A stretch of 64,000 nt of DNA from Sminthopsis crassicaudata (Eukaryota), in contig NC_133618.1 in assembly GCF_048593235.1 (NCBI RefSeq), positions 12,626,468 to 12,690,467 on the forward strand. Direction: 5' to 3'. Below the pieces are notes generated by a model. That model searched no databases. It worked only from the letters and a program-made list of their open reading frames with translations, and had not been told where the DNA came from. This document shows, in pieces, positions 10,041 to 22,380 of this stretch. Position numbers and translations under genes: made by a program. Position 1 is the stretch's first letter, and every line of letters starts with the position of its first letter.

Positions 10041-11968
10041 CACAGAATCTCCCCGAGGGAAAAGGCTTCAGCCATTACCCAGTCCGATCCTCCATTTAAC
10101 ACAAAGGGAAACTGAGGCTGAGAGTGGTTCCTCTATGGCATGGGGCCTCAGATAATTAGACTGGATGGCCATTCTGATAATGCAGTCCCTCAGGGAATGG
10201 CTGATGCAGGGCAGGGTCCACTTCCTGGAGGTGAGATTGAGCCTGAGCTCAACAGAATATTCATTTGCTTATTTGATACCGTATTTGAATCCGGCCTCTC
10301 TGAAAAGATGAACTAGAAGAAAGAGGCCTGTAATGTTCTGCTTTTCCATGTATTAGTGGCTTTACAGCCTGAGAGGAATCTGTGGAAATGGGTTCTAGAT
10401 TAAAATGAATAAATAGAACATTCCCTTTTTCCCCCCCCCCCACCCCCAAACAAAAATATTATATTGCCAGGAAAGAACTCCAGATTTGAATTTGATTCCT
10501 GTCACTGCTACTTACTGACCCATGTGACCTGGGATCACTTACCATTTTGGGGCCTCAGTTTCTGATTTGTAAAGGGGAGAGGCTGGACTAGGTGGATGAA
10601 TCCCTTCCGGCTCTAGACCCAGAAATGGCCTCTGGTCCTATTTTTATACACCCTCCAAACCCTCACACACATGCAGACCAAATCTTCATCTTTATACATC
10701 CTTGCTGATTTGTCACACATGAGGGAACCGTCCTCAGGAGTGGATTTCCTGGGGAACGTGGCCTCCGTGCTTGGCCGGCACCTTTGGAGATAGCACCCAC
10801 ATGGGTGGAGTAATGGAGTCATAATTGCTGTCTTCCAACCCTGAAGGGAGCCAGGAATTTATCACTTAGCCATCCTGTTGGTAGCCAAAATATGAGTACT
10901 TCTTTTAAACTCACAGTCCCATAAAATGTCATGGTCTGGTCCGGCTTGCACGGCTTCCATTTAATCCAGAATAATAGATGTTTGTGGACATACGACATTA
11001 ATTTTGCATTTAATTGGGAACAGTTGTGGGGGGTCACGCTGCATTTCTACTTCCCAGCCTCCCTTGAGGTTGCTGAATAGCTTTCACAGACATTCTGCAC
11101 AGATACCTGCCAAGGAGAGAATATGGGCAATGAGACCTTGGTAGGGGGGTTCTGCTGGAGATCTTTGCTGTCACTTCTGCATTTCCAGAGATACATCTCT
11201 GTTTCACATCCTCTTGATAATTCTTATTGGGAAGAGAGTGAGGCAAAGAGGGGAAGGCGGCACGCGAGAGTTGTCTCGGAACCTAGGAAGAGGATCTGGG
11301 TTCAAGGGCTGTGTTTGGTACAGCCCTTTGTTACCCTGTTCAGTCACTTAAGATCAGGACCAGACAACTCTCTTAAACTCTTAAGCTTCAGAGAAGGTGC
11401 TGCCTTTCATGGGTAGAGAGGCTTTTCTCACCTGAAAATACCTACTCATCCACCTTATTAAGAAAAAAATAGAGGTCTTCCTTTACTACTTTGCAATTTG
11501 CCTAGAAGGGAAGACTTTGGAACTGTCTACAGCTGGATTAAATGAGTTTGTTTGTGTTGAGTTACCAATAGCAACAGACTTTTCGTCAATTTTTCTGACT
11601 GTAACCGACTCAAATTTAGCCAAGAAGTGACTTTACTATGTGTGGGTGTGAATAATAATGTTTTTTTTTTTTAAAAGAGGATCTGCTGGAAAACCATTAT
11701 CTCTTCCATCTGAAACTATGTTCCCTGCTTTTCAATGGCTGATTGTTTGAGTTTGTTTTTATGAGTTTGCAGGTATGACAATAAAAAAAAAAAGTCTTTT
11801 ATCTAGGAGGAAATGGATAATCATGTGCAGCCTCACCCCACTGCCTGAATTTGCTTCCTGATTATCTTATTCCAGCATCACCTGGGACTCATGTACAGAT
11901 TTTCCCATCTCCTTCTCACAGGTCAGAATGAGCTGAATGTTATTGATCGGTTCCCTTTTTTGTTTTAG

Positions 11969-12058
<90 letters not shown>

Positions 12059-13229
12059 TAAGTATTTTTTTTTTTTTTAGCTAATGATAGTTTTCATTTT
12101 TATTTTATTTTTATAAATTTTATTGTTTTAAAATAATAATCGTTTTTGAACATTTCTTTGCTGTTATCAGCCAACAAAGAAAGAAACAGTGAAGAAGAAA
12201 GTCACTATCGCCCTGACAATGTTAGCGATAGTCTTCCCCAAAGTATTCATTGTTTAGAACTGTTTACAAATAGCTTTTAAGAGCTGAAAGTGTGATGGGA
12301 GGAATTCATTCAGTCTCACTCTCTCAACATGTTTTAGATAAGGAAATTGTCCGAGACCCCATAGTGAGTTCGCAGAAGAGCTCGGGTCACTGTACTTGAG
12401 TTTCCTAACTCACTTCAGTGCCATTTGTACCACTAACCTTGCCCGTTAGCCAGAGTAATCTTATCATAGCATTTTGAAGTGTTAGGGCTCTTTGAGATCA
12501 TCTTGCTAAACTTAGTATTGAGGAAACAAGCTTGGGGTGGAGGAGGAGTGTTGATAGTAAGGGGGTAAAGCAAAGGTTCCAAAGATAGGAGAAGAGTCAG
12601 AATTTGGATCCAGGTCTTTGGACACCCGAATCCATGTTCTTTCTGCCATATGATACCACATTTTTTCATATAGGATTCCAGATGTTGAGCTGAAGGGGAC
12701 GTTAGTGGTCATCTAGTTCCACTATTTCGATTTATAGATGAGGAAACTGAGGGTCAAACAGCCTAGCTGATGGTGAAATAGGTAGTAATGTTTAGAGGTA
12801 CAGTTCTGATTCTCTTAACTCCAAGTTCAGGGTGCTTTCCTCTGTGCCATCTAAACTTTAAATTCATTGATATGTCATTGTAATCCTTCAGGGCTATGCT
12901 GTTTTTATGGGTTTGTATTCTTTCATTGCTGATAGAAATCGGACCCCTTCCGTCTCAAGTGAAGATTGCTGCGTGGTCTTTGAGAGGATCTTCAGTCAAA
13001 GTATTTGTCATGTGATGACCCAACTGTGGTTGAGCCTTCTGGGGCTGACTCTTAGACCACAGCTGCTCCACTCAAAGGCCTTCCAGCTCGGTTGGCCTTG
13101 TAGGGACTAGGCTAGCCTTCAAGAACCCCCTTCTTGCCCATGAAGCATCCTAGAAAGATTTTCAAGGAGGGAATATGGTGTCAGATTATATTGAGAACAA
13201 CAAACAACCTGATGCCCTTTTCTTCTTCT

Positions 13230-14113
13230 TCTTTTTTTTTTTTAAATGATAGCTTTTATTTTCAAAATACACGCAAAGATAGTTTTCAACATTCACCCTT
13301 ACAAAAGCTTGTGTCCCCAATTTTTCTTCCTTCCTTTTCTCCACTCCCTTCCCTAGACAGCAAGTAATCCAGTACATATTAAACGTGCAATTCTATGCNN
13401 NNNNNNNNNNNNNNNNNNNNNNNNNNNNNNNNNNNNNNNNNNNNNNNNNNNNNNNNNNNNNNNNNNNNNNNNNNNNNNNNNNNNNNNNNNNNNNNNNNNN
13501 NNNNNNNNNNNNNNNNNNNNNNNNNNNNNNNNNNNNNNNNNNNTGAGGGAAAAAACCAGAAAGCAAGAAAACCACAAAAAAGTGAAAATACTATGTGTGA
13601 TCCACACTCGGTCCCCATAGTCCCCTTTCTGGGTGCCGATGGCTCTCTCCATCACAAGACCATTGGAACTGGTCTGAATCATTTCATTGTTGAAAAGAGC
13701 CATGCCCATCAGAATTGATCACTGTATAATCTTGTTGTTGCCCTATATAATGATCTCCTGGTGCTGCTCATTTCCCTCAGCATCAGTTCCTGTAAGTCTC
13801 TCCAGGCCTTTCTGAAATCATCCTGATGGTTATTTCTTACAGAACATAATATTCCATAATATTCATATCCCATAACTTAATTCAGCCATTCTCCAACTGG
13901 GCATCCATTCAATTTCCAGTATGCTACAAACATTTTTGTACATGTGGGTCCCTTTCCCTTTTTTAAGATCTTTTTGGGATACAGGCCCAGTAGAAACGCT
14001 GCTGGATCAGAGGGTGTGCACAGTTTGATCCAAATTGCTCTCCAGTCATTGGATCAGTTCACAACTCCACCAACAATGTATCAGTGTCCCAGTTTTCTCA
14101 CATCCTCTCCAAC
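13230..14113 (-). mobile_element. Marsupial L1 3' fragment (contains N-gap 13399-13543)
   Basis: Poly-T at left end, followed by typical reverse-strand marsupial L1 3'UTR/ORF2 end (ctgctcatttccctcagcatcagttc, ttcacaactccaccaacaatgtatcagtgtcccag). Confidence 0.85.
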
Positions 14114-15299
14114 CTGACCAGTAACATGTGATGAATTTAAAAAATCCTGTTTGGGAAGGCTTAGGAATTAAAAGTTAACAAACAGTTTGCATTTTCTTCT
14201 TCTTAAAGAGTGGTCCCAATCAGGCAAGCTGGAAGACAGTCTGAGTCCAGGGGCGGGCAGCAGTCACCAGAGGGAGAGCTTTCCTGACTATTTAGCACTT
14301 GCCACTTCCTTCTTCCTCTTGGGATTGGGGTATGGGAGCTCACACATAGTTCAGTATTCTTCACTTGGTTGAAAGTGTGTATTTCTTATTCAAATACTCC
14401 AAGCATGGTATGTTAAGTGTCCAGAAGCTCCCTTGGAATGTGGTGCCGGGGGAGACTTGCTCCTTTGGGGCTTGGGAGTCTGGAATGTGACCTACTTGGG
14501 CCAGCACATCGACTTTCTTAATGAGGAGTCCATGGAGGAGGACGCCTAATTAATTACTATGAGGGACTAGAAACAAATCTTTCCAACGGGCTCTTTGGGG
14601 TCTCAGCCTTGATTTTGCACGGAACCTGGAAGACTGCCCTCAGCTGGCTGTGTGTTACAAGAGCAAAACCAGAGACCAAGGTGGCCGTGATACCTCGGGG
14701 TAGCTCAGGGGAGGGTTTGGTGCACACCGGGATGGAGGACACATCATCTCCTCCTCCACTCCTTCTCGTACTGTGAGAAGCTCACGTGTCCCTGAAGAAG
14801 CCGCACTCACTCTGATTAGGGACAAACATTCTGACAGGTGACATGATCTTAGTACCCAGCATGCACCGAGTGCCGTATACCACATCACCAGGGAAGGTGC
14901 AGCCTTGAGACACAGACACAGACGTTTAGTATACATTTACCATATGTATATAGAAAAATAAAAAACCCATACATACTAAAAACATACATTATTTATGAGC
15001 ATATTTATATATTATATTTATATAAATGCATTGCACAAAGAACACATGGTGATATTATATCAATATACCAAGTGAAATCGGGCTGGTCAATAAATCCTTC
15101 TTAAGCACCTTTTATTATTATTTTATCATATTATGTTATATCATATAAGATATTATATTATCTTATTTTATCTTATTATATTAAGCCCTTCTGTGCCAGG
15201 TGCTGTGTTAAACATGGCTTGGAAGTTAGCTATTACATTTCCATGCTTACCTCAATTCTTTTGAGGTTCATGAAGTCCATCTGTTTCAGACCTTGCCCC

Positions 15300-15543
15300 T
15301 GAACCCCCCGGGGCCTTTGGCTTATGTTCTCTGGACTTTGGGGGCTGCAGAGAGCAAGTATTGGAGTAGGGGTGTGGCCTCCAGTTCCCCCCCCCCCATT
15401 CCTTTGACTTATGTTCTCTGGACTGTTGGGCTGCAGAGAACAAGCACTGGAGTAAGGGTGATGCCCCCAGAACCCCTGGGGCCTTTGGCTTATGTTCTCT
15501 GGACTTTGGGGGCTGCAGAGAGCAAGCATTGGAGTAGGGGTGC
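15300..15543. repeat. Three-copy tandem repeat (about 70-95 bp)
   Basis: cttatgttctctggact(t/g)t(g)ggg(g)ctgcagaga(g/a)caagc/ta(t/c)tggagta occurs three times. Confidence 0.85.
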
Positions 15544-16489
15544 TGCCTTGGTCTCTGTCCCTGACTGGCCTTGGAGTGCCACTAATGTCCCCCTTTCTTG
15601 ATTTTCTCTCCTGTTTTGCAAAGAGATGCAGGGGGAGGAATTGAACGAATGAAGTTGAAACCCCATGCAGCTCTGAGATGTTTGGGGAAAATTTAGTTTT
15701 GGGGGGAGATCCGGATCTGGGGTTTCACTATCTGAGAGAACTGGCAGGGTAAACTTCCCATACTCTGATATGAATGAATGGATGAATGAAAAAGCATTTT
15801 TTAAACTCTTATCCTGAGTAAAGAACTGACTTCTAATCTTGGAGAATTATCAGTGACTTTTCCAGGGTCGTACAGTCAGTAGGAGTCCAAGGCAGCAGAA
15901 TTTTAAAATCAGGGCTTCTTGGCCTTGAAGGCCACCCTTCCACCTACTGCTTCACTGTCTTCAGTGTGAGATCCTGGGATCCTAGGGAGAGAGCGGGAAG
16001 AGACCGTCAAAATCATTCGGCGCAACCTCTCTATTTTACAAATGGAGTAACTGAGGCCAGAAAGGGAAAATGCCTTGCCAAGAGCATATAGGTAGGAAAT
16101 GGTAGAGTTTGGATTTGAACTCACTAGTATTAGTGACATTTTCTACAAATTGCCAGTAGCCTTGTTACACAGACACAGACACTAATATATAGTATATAAA
16201 TACTATGTGTCTATATAAAATATATAATCAAATACATATATAAAAATATATAATAAAAACCATGCATTATTTATGAATATATTTATATATTATATTTATG
16301 TAAATGTACTGTACAAATAATACATGGTCATATTATATAAATATGTTTGTATATTGTATGTATAATTTTATATACACTGATATCTACATATAGCCATATC
16401 TGTCTGTATATCTTTAACTACATATCTAATTTCTGTAAATAGAAGGCAGTCCATAATTCAAATCCTTCCTCAGTCAGAGACACAATTGT

Positions 16490-16690
16490 CTAGGTGCCTC
16501 AGTGGGTTTAGAGCATTGGGCTTCCATTTTTTTGTTGTGTGAAATCACTTAGCAGCCTCTGTTTGCCTCGATTTTCTCATCTGTAAAATGGGGATAATAA
16601 TATTTCCTTCCCCTCAGGGTTCTTGTGACCCTCAAAGGGAGATGTGTTTTTAGCACAGTGTCTGGCTGATAATCGGTACTAGCTAAATGT
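16490..16690 (+). mobile_element. MIR SINE
   Basis: gcctcgattttctcatctgtaaaatggggataataata...ttttagcacagtgtctggc. Confidence 0.75.
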
Positions 16691-17216
16691 TAGCTAGTCT
16701 CTCCTATTTTTTATTCAAATGAGGTCCTTTATTGGTTCTGTAGCAAGTCCCCTCCCTTTAGATGGACTCTCTGAGGGCTTCTGCAAAATTGCACTTATTC
16801 TGTGAGAGCATTTTAATGATATTTTCATATTTGTAATCGTCTAATCTTTCCATATTGAATTTAATCTGTCACAGAGAATACTCTGTCCTTGGGTATTGAT
16901 GACTCAATTTTAGTAAATTCATTTTTAAAGTTTTTCCATAGCGTCTGAATTAATCACCTAGAGAGCTAGTGGGCTCCCAGCCTTCTGGATTGATGGTAAC
17001 CTGGAGGCCGGAGCCTCCTGAGGGTGAGGGATCTTCTTAGGAATAAATGGAAATAACTTAGAAAAGTTCCCTCCAGCTCCCATCATGGCCCGCAGGATGT
17101 TCTTGAAGGCCAGAGCTGCCCCGGAGAAGGGGATGGATGTGCTGGGGTCGGGTGTGATCAAGGCCGTGTTCATGACTCTCTGTAATGAACCTCCTCGCTG
17201 ACCCGTGCTTGTTTAA

Positions 17217-17429
<213 letters not shown>

Positions 17430-18740
17430 TAAGCTGACCTTTAACTTGCAAGTGCCATTCTGGTCTGAGGATAAGTCTCCATTGTTTGGAGGGCCTTTCT
17501 AAGAGGCCGCCATTTGGCTTCTGGTCTGGTGGAAGTTCCAAGGAAGGGAGGTGGCGGGATGTTGTCCCCGGGAGGCATGCCATTCGACGGGGCATTTTCT
17601 GGTGGTCTGTGAGTTTTCCCAGTGGCCGAGGAAGATGCCTCTGGTTTTTCTGGTGGATTTCAGTAGGCAGAGAAGGGCTTTTGCCATCATTTTGGAGGCT
17701 AGAGGTTTGTTTTCCTCAAACAAAAATGTGATTCAGCGGGGATTATTTTCAGAACAATGGACTCATTTTTTGCATGATCCTCTGGAGCTGGATTCTTTCA
17801 AAAAAATTCCCAATAGTCAGTAGCTTTGTCATTATTAAATATTAAATATAGTGTCCTGAGACCTGTCTCCTCGTATCCTCCGGTTGCATAGCATTCTGGG
17901 AATGAGGATGGGAGATAGCAATATTGGACGAGGGACGTGGGATGGGACTTTGGATTTCTAATTTTTCCACTGATACTGGAAGGAATGAGGAACGGTCTTT
18001 GGGCCGGGCTGGAAATGACTTGAACTAAGGGCCTTTGGGAGAGTTGACAGGGCAGGACGGGCTATGGGGCTTCAGTAGAAATAGAAGACTCTCAATATAC
18101 CATCTTTTGGGTTAGAAGGTGTTTCTAGTGAGTCACGCCATTAATTGGGGATTTCTCTTTGCCTCCCCCATCTCCTCGTTAATTAGACATTCACGTGGCC
18201 TTTTTCTGAATCAACACAGTTGAGGACAACTGACTGCTAATTCGTCCACACTGGGAAAGAACCCGGTTTTTGCTCTCACTAGGATAGTGTAGCACAGAGA
18301 TTGGTAAATTATGCAGCCCACTGGTTCTAGGTTGCAGATCCCTGGTATAGGGTTGGAGCTGGCAGCAGGAAAATGTGGTAAACCCTGTCTCAGATCCGCA
18401 CTCACTTTGTGACCCGAGGCAAACCCCTTAACTTCTCTGAACCTCAGTTTCCCTTTTTGTAAAATGGGGACAGTGGCTCCTGCAGCACTTACTTATGGGG
18501 TAGTTGGGAGGCTCAGAAGGCAGCAATGCCTCTCGTGGTGCTTGGGGTTGTCATTTTTGTTATTAGCTTGTGCCATCACCAGTTCCTCATCCAGCTGAGT
18601 TGCTTGTGAAAACATCAACAAAAAGAGAGGAGAGAAAATTAAAAAAAAAAAAAAAAAGTTTCTTCCCATCTAATAATCCAAAGGTAAGGTTGAAACTATC
18701 GAAGCATCCCAACTAAAAGGGGGCTTTAAAATGTAGGCCA

Positions 18741-19530
18741 TCAGAGCTGGGGGAGCTTCCCAGCATGGAACATCAGAGCTGGAAGGAATCTCAGAACATA
18801 GAACATCAAAGTTGGAGGATTCTTAGGGCAGAGACCATCAGAGCTGGGAAGGATCTTAGGACATAGAAAATCAGAGCTGGAAGGAACTTTAAAACACAGA
18901 ACAGCAGAGCTAGAAGGGACCTTAGAACACAGAACATCACATCTGGAAGGAATCTCAAAACATAGAACATCAAAGTTGGAGGGTTCTTAGAGCAGAGACC
19001 ATCATAGCTGGAAAGGACCTTAGTATAGATAACATCAAAGCTAGAGGGGACCTTGGAATATACAACATCAGATCTGGAAGGAACTTCAGTACATAGAATG
19101 CCAGAGTTGGAAGATTCTTAGAACAGAGGCCATCATAAATGGGGAGGACCTCAGAACCCAGTACATCATAGTTGGAAGGAACATCAGAACATAGAACACC
19201 AGAGCTAGAAGGAACCTTAGAACATAGAATGCTAGAGTTTGGGAAGGACTTTAGAACATAGAACACCAGAACTGCAAGGAACTTTGGAGCAAAGAATGCC
19301 AGAGATCAAGGGCTCTTAGAACAGAGACTATCAGAGCTGGGAAGGACCTTGGAACATAGAACAGCAGAGCTGGATGGGCCTTGGGACATAGAACAGAGAA
19401 GGTAGAGCTAGAGGAGACTTTAGATCATAGAAGGTCAGAATTGGAAAGGTCATTAGAACATAGAACATTGAAGCTTAGAGCTGGAAGAGACCTTAGAACA
19501 CTGAGCATAGAATGCAGGAAGTCAGAATTG
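18741..19530 (-). repeat. About 33-bp minisatellite (about 23 diverged copies) made of the MIR3/L3 3' terminus
   Basis: Unit consensus agaacatagaacatcagagctggaagggacctt, the reverse complement of the MIR3 3' end. Confidence 0.88.
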
Positions 19531-20109
19531 GGAGAAGCCTCAGGTCATTGTTGGAGGGGACTAGAAGGGATTAGAAGATGGCAAATCGGATCAAGGTCTG
19601 CCTGCTGTTAGCTAATGGGTCTGATATCTGGATGTCTAATTACCGCCTTGCCCCCATTCCCCCCCATTGCCCTTGAGAGGCTGACCACATCACCTGCTGC
19701 ATCAGGCAGAGGAAGGGGCCAGAACACTGGGATTTCCTACGGGGCTTGCCCCAGTGGGATTGGTGGGTGGCAGGTTCTCGGGCCTGGTCTTCCTTCCACC
19801 GGTTTATTGGGCCTTCTCTCCCTTCCTCCACCTGATAGTCAGGGACAGTCCCCTCCATGGCTCTTGGCTAAGCTCTCCTGGCTAGCCCTTGCCCTTTTCT
19901 GGGGGTTGCTGTGCGCCACAGCCCTTGGCTGCCTCTCTGGGCCGGCCCTAGGCGGCTGAAGCCCCAGGAAGGGCCTCGTTGCTTGAAGCCCTTCGGGCCC
20001 ATCACCCGGGTGCTTTCCTGCAGCCTAGCCCCTCTGGGTCTCAATCCTGAACCTCAGGGTGTGGCTTTCCCCCACTTTTCCTGGTTCAGGGCTCTGGGCC
20101 AAGAAAGGA

Positions 20110-20400
20110 AAGTGAATTCCTCAGCCACAAGACAGCCCTGAAATACTTGAATATCTCCCCGGCCCAACCCTGCCCTCTGTACGCCCCTCCCCTCCCCCTT
20201 CTCTTCCAGGTTAAACATCCCCAGTTCCTTCAGCTTTTATGACGTGGGCTTGAGAGCCCGAGGGAGCTGGCTGCAGAGTTGGTCCGGTCCTCTAGCCCCT
20301 TCTCCCGAGGCTGGTCACTTTTACACCTGATTTGGGACTTTGCACAGCCTGCCTCACACATGGAGGCAGAACCCAGTGGAGGACGGTGGTTAGAGCACTG
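20110..20400 (-). mobile_element. L3/CR1 LINE fragment
   Basis: cttccaggttaaacatccccagttccttcagc matches reverse-strand CR1/L3 3' ORF2 region as recalled. Confidence 0.6.
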
Positions 20401-21409
20401 GGTTTGGAGTCTAGCTACCGGGGGGATGGCTCCCACCCGTGTGACCCTGAATAAATCCCGAGTCTCAGTACCTCAGTTTCCTAATCTGTGTGATGATAAA
20501 GTTGGCCGGGTGGGCTCCCTCTGAGCCCCAGCCTGTGTGATCTCGGTCCTCAGATCCCAGGATCCCAGTTTTGTGCCTGATTCTATTGGCTTCTCAGCGG
20601 ATCCAGATGCACCTTCTCTCAAGCCTTCTTGAAAGGCCGTGGCCAGGCTCTCCTCCATGTGGCTGCCTCCCTGGTCTCTGTTCTACTGATTGAGCCGCCG
20701 CCTCCATCTTGCTTCTTGTCTCCTCAATCTCTTAGTTATTATCAGCTTGGCTACAAAGAGCTGGGTGAATCTCCCCTCTGTTCTCCTCTCTGAGCAATTC
20801 TTCAAGCGCTCTAGACAAGGAAGTTCTAGATTCATGGCCCCTGAACTACTGCCGATTGGATGTCCAGAACAGAACCCTCTTAACAGAACCCTCATTCTCT
20901 TTAGTGGATTTAAGATCGTACATCTTTGAGGACTTCCCTAGGCTTTTGGGCCTAGGACTGCCCATCTGGGTCAGACTCCGATTGGGTTAAGAGTGCTGTT
21001 ACTGGAGGATGCTTCCTCCATTTCAGAGAGGTCACAGGCCTGACGCTACCCCTTTCCTATTAGCCTTGTCAGCCCTTGCTTTCAAACCAGTGGGAGTTCT
21101 GCTGCTTCCCGTCCCTTTGAGCCCCTCCTGGAGAGAGCCGGCCTTCTGCCGGGCCGGGCTAGCTCATATGAGGGGCTTGGGGGGGGATGTGGATGGGTGC
21201 CTCTGAGGACCAGGAAATTGAGATGGAGCTCCCCGCCAGGAAGGGGAAGTAAGAGAGATTTAGCCTGCAGAACAGAACTTCTTTTAGAACTAGAACAGTT
21301 TAACGTGGGCGTGGGAATCAGGGTGCAGAAAGTTGCTGGCCACGATTTGGGATGCATTGATGAGCTGGTATAGTGTCTTGATGCTTGTCCCTCCTCCCCC
21401 CGCCCCAGA

Positions 21410-21610
21410 GATGGAGTCAGGAGCACTCCTCTTCCTGAATTCAAATCCAGATTCAGACACGTATTAGCTGTGTGACTCTGGGCAAGTCACTTAAGCCAGT
21501 TTGCCTCAGTTTCCCCATCTATAAAATGAACTGGAGAAAAAAATGGCCAAGCACTATTTGCCAAGAAAGCCCCAAATGGGGTCATGGGGAATTGGACACT
21601 AAGTCAGTGA
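21410..21610 (+). mobile_element. MAR1-type (MIR_Mars) CORE-SINE with RTE-like tail
   Basis: B-box gaattcaaatcc, CORE ctgtgtgactctgggcaagtcacttaa, tail gccaagaaagccccaaatggggtcatg. Confidence 0.8.
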
Positions 21611-21829
21611 CTGGTCTGTAGGGGCGTACAGAGGCACAAGTGTCTCCACTCTCCATCAGTCTGTCTCGAAGGCAGGAAGCTGTCTCCTTTTGTATCCTGG
21701 CATGTAAGTGGTGCTTAATGTATGTTTATTGATTGATTGATTGATCTCCTCCTGGGGAATACAGCCTGTGTGTGGATAAGTAAATATAGAAGCGATTGAG
21801 AAGAAATATCCGGCGCTCTGGGATAGGTT

Positions 21830-22380
21830 GAGGAAATTGTTCCGGATGATTGATTTTCTGTTCGAAGGGAAAGTGTCTCAGATGCCGAGAAGGTAAAGGC
21901 CCGGAGGTGGGAGACGGAGCCTGGATAGACTGTAGAGTGTATGAGGGGAGGCAATGGGTCACTAGGTCGTAAAGAGTCTGAAATGCTGACGAGGGAGGTT
22001 GGTACTTCATTCTAAAGGCAGGGAGGAGCCTGAGAAGGGGGGACATGGGCAGCCCTGAGCTCTGGGAAGCTCATTTCTGTGGGATACACCTGGGAGGAGG
22101 CGGTTTGGAGGCAAGGAGACCCAGGAGAGGCTGTTTCAGAAGTCGGGTGAAGAGGTAATGAGGGAGTGAGCCAGGGCGGTTGTGGTAGGGATAGGAGGAT
22201 GCAGTAGTGAGTGGGGAGCAAGAGGGGGCAGGTGAGATTGACTCTTAGGCTGAGAACCCCACAAGTGGGGTCCCTTCAATAGAAACAGAATTGGGAGGGA
22301 GAATGGCTTTAGCTGAGAGGGAAACTTGCATTTATAAAGCACCTACTATGTGCCTGGCACTGTGCTAAGCGCTCTGCAAT
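21830..22380 (-). mobile_element. L2 LINE fragment
   Basis: Purine-rich reverse-strand L2 3' region; adjacent + strand L2 3' end at about 21697-21745 (cctggcatgtaagtggtgcttaatg...gattgatt). Confidence 0.65.
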
